This document shows, piece by piece, positions 53,425 through 64,000 of a DNA stretch of 64,000 bases. This DNA comes from Torpedo marmorata (Eukaryota). The notes beneath the pieces were generated by a model. The model saw only the letters and a list, made by a program, of their open reading frames with translations, did not search any database and was not told the DNA's origin. How positions within the stretch are numbered: position 1 is the first letter of the stretch; each line of letters begins with the position of its first letter. The stretch is from NCBI GenBank assembly GCA_977017645.1, contig OZ360257.1, positions 15,376,001 to 15,440,000 of the forward strand, given 5' to 3'. The translations under genes and the position numbers were made by a program.

Positions 53425-54800
53425 AACCTTGCTCCATATGACATGGTCTCCAATCCAGGCAATAGAATATCTTGATAAATATCTGCACCCTCTCTAATGC
53501 ATCTACATAATTGCAGTAACAAAGCGACCAGAACTGGACGCAATATTCCAAGTGTGGTCTCACCAGAGGTTTATGGGTCTGCAAAATTTCCTCCTGGCTT
53601 TTATCCGACGAACGAAGGCCAACCCATCATACACCTTCTTGACCAGCGCGTCAACTAGCGCAGCAATCTTGAGGGTGTATTAACATGGACCCCAAGATCT
53701 CCTAGTTCCTCCAAACTGTTAGAATCCTGCCATTAACACGCACTGCACCTTCGATTCGACATCCAAAATGCACTACACTTAACCGTAATGAACTCAATCT
53801 GCCACTTCTCTGTCCAACTCCGCATCCTGTCTACATCCCGTTATAACCCGCGAGAGCCTTCTGCACTCCCGACAACACTGTGAACCGTTGTATCATTAGC
53901 AAATGCAAAGAAAATAGAGCATAGAAAGAAACTCTCTGATTGGACTTGATGCCTTCGAACCAACCCTCAGCGTTGATGCATTACCGCAAATACCACAGGC
54001 GATCCAAACACTCCTCGGATCTGTGTGGCGTTTGCAACAAAAATTAACTCAGCATTTCAAGCGGGACGGTTCACGTCACAGTTCATCGCCACACATTCAC
54101 AGCGTCAGCGACGGGGGTTCAAATACAGCGCTGCCCTGGAAGGAGTTTTGTTTCTTTCCCTCGTGAACTGCTCTAATTCCCCGGGTACCCTGGTTTCTTC
54201 CCACTCACGAAAAAATGTATGGGATTGACATGTTCATTGGATGTAATTTGGCAGCACGGGCTTCATGAGCTAAGGGTCTGTATATTTTAAATAAAAGTTC
54301 AGTCAAGCCATCATGGCAGATGACGAGTGAAAACAAATCCTCAGGTCAGACCGACTGATGAACGTTTGAAAACTCATGGGAACAAAGTTATTTTCAGGTG
54401 TATAATAATGAAAAGGAAAATATATGTGATAATCAGGATCATTGGGAACAAACAACGGAGAGAATCGCGAACAAGTCACCCCAGGGACGAGGTTAAAGCG
54501 AAGCAAATGGAGATAGATGAACGCGACACTCCAGTGTCACGGTTCCACGTCAGGTGATGCAGCGAGCTCGCACCTGAACCTTGTTTATTACGATAACTCG
54601 TGTTAGTTACTCTGGGCGGAGCGATCTCAGGTCATTAAGTGAGAATGAACTGATAGTGTTTGTTAAATCGAGTATGTGGAGGTGTTATGTAATTTAGTGT
54701 CCCAGGAGAACAGCTGTCCTATAAATTAGGCTTCACAGTGAAACTCTTCGTTTTCACATATTCACATGTGCTGTAGAGAAACCGCTCTTATCCTCAAAAG

Positions 54801-54861
54801 ATGCCACGAATGGAAGCCACGGAGATCTTCTATCCCATTCTTGCAATTGTCGGCATTCCTG
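54801..54861 (+). CDS. GPR139-like coding exon 1 of unit 5 ((MPR)MEATEIFYPILAIVGIP-G); its own exon 2 is deleted
   Basis: ATGs at 54801 and 54810, intact donor GTAAGT at 54862, TATA at 54720. Confidence 0.72.
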
Positions 54862-57229
54862 GTAAGTGATTTTGCTGCGATCTCCGCCGAGTGTTTTCTG
54901 GTTGTCCGTATTCNNNNNNNNNNNNNNNNNNNNNNNNNNNNNNNNNNNNNNNNNNNNNNNNNNNNNNNNNNNNNNNNNNNNNNNNNNNNNNNNNNNNNNN
55001 NNNNNNNNNNNNNNNNNNNNNNNNNNNNNNNNNNNNNNNNNNNNNNNNNNNNNNNNNNNNNNNNNNNNNNNNNNNNNNNNNNNNNNNNNNNNNNNNNNNN
55101 NNNNNNNNNNNNNNNNNNNNNNNNNNNNNNNNNNNNNNNNNNNNNNNNNNNNNNNNNNNNNNNNNNNNNNNNNNNNNNTCGTCGCTCAGCCAGGATTTAA
55201 ATAATCTTTTGACCTGAAGTTGTAGAAGTTAGACAATGTCCAGTCACTTCGATCATATGATAGATTCTGCAATCCAGGCAACACCTTTGCACACTCTCCA
55301 CAGCATCCAGATATTTCCTATAAGGAGGCAACCATAACTGAACGCCATGATTTGAACTGTATATCTTCACGTGTCCGGGGAAAAGTGAAAAGGCGTTATT
55401 TTGCCTGCTATCCAGGCAAATCAAGCCACATAAAATACAGCAGGCAGCGCAAGGATAAAAATAGAACAGGTGATAGTGTTACAATAAAGTACAGCATGAC
55501 GTGTTAAAGACAGGAGTGCTGTTAGTCTATGCAAGTCTTTACCTTTTCCTCGTGAGAGGGCTATTCAAGAGCCTGCCATCAGGAATGTAAGTGCCCTTGA
55601 ATCTGGTTGGGTGCGTTTTTTTCGAAACTCGTGCTTCTTCTGCCCGGCGGCAGGGAGACGGAGAGACTGCGGTAGGGGTGGAACAGATTCGTGAACATGT
55701 ACAGTGATTATTTATCCCGGAGATGGCGGGAGATATGAACGCAGTTTATGGTCGGGGGATTGACTTATTGATAACACTGAATTGCGTTAATTTCTCTTCT
55801 TAGTTTCTTGTGACCCCGACCGTAGCAGTTTCCACACCAATCTGTGATGCACCCGCACCGGACACTTTCTATTGTTCATCTGCACACAACGGACAGGATC
55901 AACGGGGGCATGCCGAAATTCCTCAGCTTCTGAGGAAGTGAAAGCGTTGTTGCTCTTTCCATTCCGTAGTGCCAATGTAATGTTGGCAACTGCATAATTT
56001 ACAGGAACATACAAATGTTTCGATTAGTTTATTCCCAAAGATTCCATTGATACAATTATGTTAAATGTGTTGGCTTGTTTTTCTGGTGTTTCCTGGTTTT
56101 TCAAAACCAGGCTGCAATACCATCCTAGGAACGAAAATTATCCATATTTATTTGGAGGAATTGGGCATGTTTCGTCGTCTGATTTGTAACTTCCACCAAG
56201 TATAATGTGCAGCAAGATCATGAAGAAAATACCTTAAATCAAAGACAACGACAGGAACAGCATTTGGAAAGGAAATTGAAAATAATTCCGAGGTCCAGGA
56301 TGAATCCGCAGTTGGAGAGAAGGGGATTGATTAACGGGAGTTAGCATCGCTTTTTTGTTGGCAGATTATATACAACCAATTTTGTGTTTGTTTCGAGGAA
56401 CAGCTCAATGTATCGATGAGAGTACTGCAGTTGATGAAGTTGACAGGAATTTCGGTACGACCCTGTCAAATATCCAGATAATGGGCTTGCACGGTTAGCG
56501 TAGCGGTTAGTGCAACACATTTACAGGGCCAGTGTCACGGGTTCGAACCCGGCCCTGTCTGTGAGGAGTTTGTCCGTTCTCCATGTGTCTGCGTGGGTTT
56601 CCTCCGGGTGATCCTGTTTCCTCCCACCCTTTAAAACGTAGTTTATTGGGTTATCTGAGCGGCACATGCTGTGGGCCAGAAAGGCCTGTTACGGTGCTGT
56701 ATGTCTAAATAATGCACTGGTCCACAGTTCAAGGGATCAAAGGCAATTTTGAAATTCGGATTCAATGTTTGCCTCGTAACAGAAGGTAATAGTTCATGGT
56801 GGAAAATTGAATATAGAATATAAGAATCTTCAACGTAGTATAGGCAATTTGGGTCTCAGTGTTATGCCAACCTGATAATCTCCGCTTCCAAGAATTCCGA
56901 GAATTTCCGTCCTTTATATCGATCATTTTCTCTCTGTTCCATGCACCAATATACTAGACTCTTAAAATATCCTAATGTACCTGCCTGTAAAACAGTTGCC
57001 AGCAGTGAATCCCATGCACCCATTACTCTCTGTGTGAAGATTGTGCCTCTAACCCTCCCCATGTACTTACTCCGAAGCACTTTTAAACGCCCCCCCCCGC
57101 CTGAATGGAGGTTTTCCTTTGCGTGTGGAAACCTTTCTTCCACAGTGCCAAAACGTCAAACTATTGGGGGGACTCATCGGATTGAACAGCGTGTGTGTGT
57201 GTGTTTCTGTATGTGTGTGTGTGTGTGTG

Positions 57230-57274
<45 letters not shown>

Positions 57275-57579
57275 GCAGCGATAGTGGAGTTTTCGGGACG
57301 ATACATTTCCTCAGGGCCATGCTTAAAGTTCAGCTCAGCAAGGTCAGGTTTGACCCTCTTTTCAGGAGCGCTGGATCTGATCTTGGCTCCCATATGACAT
57401 CAACGTTATTAAAGTAAATGCGCACAAGTCTAAGTAGAGCAAACATGCAGTCTCATCGCGCTTATGCCACTCTCTTAAACCTTCCAGAGAAACGTGGTTC
57501 AATAATAATATAATTGCAGCAAATCACGAAGTGTCTGCTGTTCTGCCCTTCAGATCAGAGAACATTATTAATCTAAATC

Positions 57580-58970
57580 TCTAAAAAGGGTAATAGAGAG
57601 AATCCTGAGAATTACAGACAGGTGAGGCTGACGTCAGTGGTGTGAAAACAATTGGAGAGGATTCTTAAGGACAGGATTTATGAGCATTAGGAGAGGTACA
57701 GTCGTCTGCGGGACATAAGCATGGTTTTGTGAGGGGATGGTCGTGCCTCATGAGCCTCATTGCATTTTCTGAGGAGAAAACAAAACATAATGAGGAAAGT
57801 GTGACGGTAGACCAGGTACATATGGATTTGAGTGAGGCGTTTGACAAGGTTCCCCATGAAATACTGGATCAGAAAGGCATCAGGCATTCTATCCACGGAA
57901 TCTTGGCTGTGTGAATAAAAAATTGGCTTGCCTGTAGAAAGAAGAGGACGGAACAGAAAGTATCCTGTCGGAACATCAGTGGCTAGTGGAGTTCCGCAGG
58001 GATATTTTCTTCAACCCTTGCTCTTTGTGATTTTTGTAAATGACCTAGATGAAGAGCGGAAGCGTGGGTCAGTAGGTTTGCAGATGATATAATGGTTGGA
58101 GGAGCTGCAGTTAGTGTTGAAATCTGTCGTAGATTGCAATGCAGAGATGGGCGCAAAAGTGGCAGATCGAGTTCAATCCGGATAAGTTTGTGAAGCATTT
58201 TGGAAGGTCAAACCTTGCTGAATACAGCATTAATGGTCGGATACTTAAGAGTGTGGAGGAAGAGAGGGACCTTGAAGTTAAAATCCATAGATCTCTCAAT
58301 GTTTCCGCGCAGGTTAATAGGATAGTTAAGAAGGCCTATGGGATGCTGGGTGTCAATAATAGGGGGATTGCGTTCAATAGTATAGAGGTCATGTTGCAAA
58401 TCAACACACCTCTGGTGAGACCATACTTATAGTATTTTATTCAGTTATGGCCACATCGTTATGGGAAGGATGTGGAAACTGTGGAGAGGGTGCGGAGGAG
58501 ATTTACCAGGGTATTGCCTGGATTGGAAAATGTCTTATGAGGCAAGGTTAGTAGAGCAAGGACTTTTCTATTTGGAGCGAAGAAGGATGAGAGGTGACTT
58601 CATAAAAGTCTACAAGAATATATACAATAGATAGGGTAGACAGCAAGCGCCTTTTTCGCAGGGAGGGAATAGCAAACACCAGGGGACGTATGCACAAAGT
58701 GAAGGGAGGAAGGTTGAGGGGAGGTATCAGAGGTAAATTATTCACACAGAGATGGAGGTGCCGGCAATGCCTTGCCAGGTTGGTGGTGGGGGCTGAAGCA
58801 TTTTGGGTATTTAAGAGACTCGTAGACAGGCACATGGATGAACGAAAATTAGAGGATTAAGTGGTTGAAAGGTTTCAGTATTTTCTTGGTAGGAATATAC
58901 AGGTCGGCACAACATTGAAGGCCGAATAGCCTGTAATGTGCTGTCGTGTTCCATGTTCTATGTTCTATGT
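57580..58970 (+). mobile_element. Decayed CR1 LINE 3' part, unit 5
   Basis: Homolog of 20760-22150. Confidence 0.88.
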
Positions 58971-59018
58971 TTTGAAACTACTTTACTGCCAATCGTCATT
59001 CTGTTCCATGTAATTTAC

Positions 59019-59540
59019 TGCCTCTCAAAATGCATCACTCAGTGGTTGCTGGGAATGGCAGAAGCTGACTGAGAAGTTGAGAAACTGCACATGAATTGAT
59101 TGTACATGAGATTAAAGATTGGTATTTTCCACATTCAGACTTCAATCCGACTTCTCTCTGTAGAGTTATTCTGACGATTTTATTTATTTCCATTGACTGT
59201 TCAATGTGACTAACTGTGTCTTTCATGTTCGATCGATTTTTTGCTATTTGTCACCAAACGCTCCGAGCAAAATATTGCACTGAAAATAATTCATCTGTAG
59301 CGAAAGCGCGGTGGAATTTTCCTCAACATTTGGGAAAAAACACCATTTTATTTATTAACCTCGGGAAGTAATTGATAACGTTGAATTATCCTGCAATGTA
59401 ATATCATGCTTTTACACCTTATGAATTTGAGCAGTTATTCTCTCGCAGGAAACAGTCTTTAACTCATTTGCTCTTTATGTCTTTATCTTGGCGCCACATT
59501 CCCTGACCATCAGCCGCATTATACTGGCTAACCGAGCGAG
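59019..59540 (+). pseudogene. Decayed GPR139-like paralog, unit 5, 3'-truncated
   Basis: Homologous to ~22200-22720; ends at the deletion junction GCGAGGAGGCCAACCC. Confidence 0.78.
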
Positions 59541-61368
59541 GAGGCCAACCCACCACACACCTTCTTGACCAGCGCGTACACTAGCGCAGCAACCTTGAGG
59601 GGTGTATTAACATGGACCCCAAGATCTCTCAGTTCCTCCAAACTGTTAGAACTTCTGCCATTAACACGCACTCCGCCTTCGATTCGACCTCCAAAGTGCA
59701 CTACACTTAACCGTATAGAACTCAATCTGCCAATTCTCTGCCCAACTCCGCATCCTGTCTATATCCCGTTATAACCCACGACAGCCTTCTGCACTCCAGA
59801 CAACACTGTGAACCGTTGTATCATTAGCAAATGCAAAGAAAATAGAGCACAGAAAGAAATTCTCTGATTGGACTTGATGCCTTCGAACCAACCCTCAGCG
59901 TTGATGCATTACCCCAAATACCACAGGCGATCCAAATACTCCTCGGATCTGTGTGGCGTTTGCAACAAAAATTAACTCAGCATTTCAAGCGGGACGGTTC
60001 ACGTCACAGTTCAGCGCAACACATTCACAGCGTCAGCGACGCGGGTTCAAATACAGCTCTGCCCTGGAAGGAGTTTTATTGCTCTCCCTCGTGAACTGCT
60101 CGGTTTCCCCGGGTACTCTGGTTTCTTCCCACTCACGAAAAAAGTATGGGTTTGGCATGTTCATTGGATGTAATTTGGCAGCACGGGCACTTGCGGAGCT
60201 GCATGACGTGGTCAGTAAACAGGCCCACCCCGAGACAATTCCAGTCACAGTCGTTGACTTTAATCAGGCCTGTCTTAAGAGAGCCCTGCGCAATTATCAC
60301 CAGCACGTAACCTGCTGTACCAGAGGCACCAGCTCATTTGAACATTGCGACAACAACATAAGGAATGCCTACGTTCTTTCATGATAGAGCAGGTTGGTGT
60401 TTGCTGTCCACCCCATCTAAACCCCTCATGATGTTGTCTACCCCCAATAATTCACCTCTTCCCCTTCATCGCTGCAGAGAAAAGCCCCAGCTCTGTCAAC
60501 CTTCCTTCATATGATAGGTTCTGCAATCCAGGCAACACCTTTGCACACTCTCCAGAGCATCCATATACTTCCTATAATGAGGCAACCATAACTGAACGCA
60601 ACGATTTGAACTGTTTATCGTCACGTATCCGGGGAAAAGTGAAAAGGCGTTATTTTGCCTGCTATCCAGGTAAATCAAGCCACATAAAATACAGCAGGCA
60701 GTGCAAGGATAAAAATAGTACAGATGATAGTGTTACAATAAAGTACAGCATGACGTGTTAAAGACAGGAGTGCTGTTAAGCTATGCAAGTCATTACCTTT
60801 TACTCTTGAGAGGTCTATTCAACAGCCTGCCAGCAGGAATGTAAGTGACCTTGAATCTGGTTGGGTGCGTTTCTTCCAAACTCGTGCTTCTTCTGCCCGG
60901 CGGCTGGGAGAAGGAGAGACTGCGGGAGGAGTGGAACAGATTCTTTAACATGTATAGTGATTATTTATCTGGGAGACGGCGGGAGATATGAACGAAGTCG
61001 ATGGACGGGGGATTGGATTATTGATAACACTGAATTGCGTTCATTACTCTCCGTGGTTTCGTAAGACTCCGAGCTCAGCAGTTTCCACACCAATCTGTGA
61101 TGCACCCGTACCGGACACTTTCTATTGTTCATCTGCACACAACGGACAGGGTCAACGGGGGCATGCCGAAATTCCTCAGCTTCTGAGGAAGTGAAAGCGT
61201 TGCTGCGCTTCCCATTCAGTAGTGCCCATGTAATGTTGGCAACTATATAATTTACAGGAACATACAAATGTTTCGATTAGGTTATTCCCAAAGATTCCAT
61301 TGTAACAATTATGTTAAAGGTGTTGGCTTGATTTTCTGGTAGTTTCCTGGTTTTCCATCTTGTTACAG

Positions 61369-62282
61369 GTAACCTGCTCTCGATTGTGGTCCTGTCCCGG
61401 GGAATGTACGGCCTCTCCAAAGGAGAGATTCGTTACATGGTAACCATGGCAGTTGCAGACACAATGGTCTGTGTGTTTAACGTTACAGTGATATTCGTCT
61501 TCGGCTATCATTTTCCTCATTCATTCCTGGCACATACCTCCACTTGTCGTCTTACAGACTTCATACAGAAATCCAGCGTGCAATTCTCTGTCTGGGCCAC
61601 GGTATCGTTCACAGTCGACCGCTTCATTGCCATTTGTTGCCAGCAATTCAAAACAAAATATTGTACCGAAAGAAACGCCACGGTAGTTCTTACGACTGTG
61701 TGTGTGCTGAGCTTTTTGATGAACATTCCAGTTTATTTCCGGTATGAACCCCATTACATTGCGGGTGATGTCAAATGGGGCTGCAGTACTATAACACGAT
61801 ATATTTCTTCACCAGCATGGCAGACTTACAGATGGTTGTCTAAACTTATGGTACCACTGGTGCCCCTGCCGCTGATGTTGCTGTTGAATTCTCTCACCGT
61901 CCGACACATTTTACTTGTCAGCAGAGCTCGGAGGGCTTTGAAGAGCCGTGGGGACGGTCAAGTATTTGATCCCGAGATGACGAACCGGAGAACGTCCATT
62001 ATATTGCTCTTCGCCATTTCTTGTACCTTCATAGCGTTGTGGACACCGGTTACGATAATTGACCAATACTTCCATCTCACATTAAGCTTTTCGATCGACG
62101 CCCCGAAGTCACTGCTTCTGGCAATTAGAATCACGATTCTGCTGATGTATTTGAGCTGCTGTACAAACACTTGTGTTTATGCAATGACACAGAGGAGATT
62201 CCGGGATGAGGTGAAGAAGGTGGCAAAATATCCATTTATTGCCCTTGTACGGTTTTTAAAACCTATGACGCAGCAACAATGA
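61369..62282 (+). CDS. GPR139-like exon 2 of unit 6 (own exon 1 deleted; probable partner of the exon at 54801-54861)
   Basis: Acceptor TTACAG ends at 61368; open 914-nt exon with 7TM motifs. Confidence 0.88.
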
Positions 62283-62738
62283 ATCAGAGATCATGGCCCT
62301 GTTCCTCCGTCCGCTTCCAATGTCGAATCTCGTCCTTTTTATTAATAATTCCCTGTAACGTAAGCCCCGTAAACCAAGCCAACCACACACACCATTCCCA
62401 CACCAGCAATTCGGGACGTGTCCTCCTGTACTGCTAAATGGAGGCCATCCGCAAATTAGGCGACTACTGGATAACTGGATATTGTAAATGTCCAAACAAT
62501 TAAATGAAACGTTCAACGACGTACTGCATGAATCACATTTTTCCCAGGTTAATCAATATTTCAAATTTGAGTTCAGGTTGGTTGTCGCATGTACGATGAC
62601 CTCATGAGAGTGTTTTTTGATTTGTTATTTTTACAACATACCAGTTGGCATCTCATACATAGAAGAAGGAGTGAGACACAACTAAAAAGTGCAGAGTTAC
62701 AGAGAAGGAGAGAAAGTGAGAGTACGAGAGAGATAACG

Positions 62739-62774
<36 letters not shown>

Positions 62775-64000
62775 AAATGGAGAGAGCGAGTGAGAGAGAG
62801 AGAGAGAGAGTCAGACAGAAAGAGAGAGGGGGAGAGGGAGAGATAGAGAGAGAGTTCAGTCGGTACGGAACAAAGGAGACATAATTTCACTATCTTGGGA
62901 CAAATACATAAAACCCATAGATTTCTCAGCAGGCCTGGTCCTCTGTGCCAGATCTTTTAAGGAAATTCCGCTGGAGAGCAGAATCGAACGTCATCGGGTC
63001 AAGCATTTGCAAATTCTTTTCTTATTCAATTTTTAAAACGGCAGTATCCCAAACACAGGTCGTGTCATATTTAATGTTCTGTAATATAGCATAACAATAA
63101 AATAAACATGAATCTTCAATTTCTGCAGGATATAGATCAGGTGAATACTTGGGTAGGGCGTTTCCAGCTGGAATTTACTACCGAAAACTGCAAATAGTGC
63201 ACGGCACATGCACTAAATGTTCCATCAGGAAGGAAACGTGATGAACAGAGAGACATGGGAGTCTGAATTCATAGTTGCCTGAATTCAGCAACACGGTTTT
63301 TAGGGTGATGGTGCCTTCCTAGTTCGAGGATAATATATAGGATCTCGAATTTCACAAACACTGTTCAGACTGTACTTGAAGTATTGTTTGCAGTTCTGGT
63401 CGCCACACTATTTATGTGATTGGACCGGAGTTGTTGCAGTGGAAATTCACCAGGATGTTGCCTGGAAAGGAGGACGAGCTGTGGAAGGTGCTTAATAGGA
63501 AGGGGCCTATTTTCCCTGGAGCACAGCAGGTTTAGGAACGAGCTGTGAAATATAAGTAAGATGATGAGAGTCACCGATAGGGAAGATGTTCAAAATCTAT
63601 TTCTAATGCCAGGGTTAACAAAAGTAAGTGGACACGAGTTTAAGGTGAGTTTTAAGGGGAATCTAGGAGATTGTCTTTTTAAACAGGCATATGAAGCAAA
63701 GAAATATGCTGGAGGAACTCAGTAGGTCGAGCATCATTCGTGGAGATAAGATACATCGACGTTTCGGGTCAGAAACCTTCATCACGTTTAATATCTGATT
63801 TGCTCTTCTCGGGGATGCGGTGAAGTCAGATATAATTCTCCAAACACATCAGTAAGGAAGCCACTATTTCTGTTGGGTGCTGCACTTGACTCAATTACCT
63901 TTATGAAGTTATCTCTCACGTATTCGGTGATGATCTATTTTATTACCCCGGACGTCTGCTCAACAGCTGAATTCCCATCAATGGGTTCTAATTTCCTTAA

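Larger units (their letters stand above)
1..64000 (+). repeat. Tandem segmental array of GPCR-containing units (U1 1-12020, U2 12021-25458, U3 25459-39487, U4 39488-54024, U5 54025-59952, U6 59953->end)
   Basis: The anchor GTGGCGTTTGCAACA recurs at 1, 12021, 25459, 39488, 54025 and 59953, each followed by colinear, highly similar but non-identical sequence with unit-specific indels. Confidence 0.97.

Noticed and set aside
1-64000. Array as a false assembly duplication
   Set aside because: Units differ by many substitutions, distinct deletions and TSD-flanked insertions.

Overview
Eukaryotic (vertebrate) genomic DNA. The V-SINE, CR1 and Penelope repeat content suggests a cartilaginous fish, probably a ray (inference). 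The whole window is a head-to-tail tandem array of a ~12-14.5 kb unit, with the anchor GTGGCGTTTGCAACA at 1, 12021, 25459, 39488, 54025 and 59953. A full unit carries a two-exon class A GPCR of the GPR139/GPR142-like family: TATA box, 52-nt coding exon 1, phase-1 intron, 914-nt exon 2, ~321 aa. It also carries a decayed second GPR139-like paralog and old CR1, Rex/Babar, SINE, hAT and Penelope fragments. Units 1-4 have intact genes. Unit 5 lost exon 2 and unit 6 lost the promoter and exon 1, so together they can form a fifth, chimeric gene. Unit-specific young insertions are a Penelope-like element with a ~741-bp inverted repeat and minimal hammerhead motifs, a 2-kb L1 with TSD, and a short L1 piece inside a ~370-bp duplication. 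N runs lie where sister units have CA, GA or GT microsatellites.
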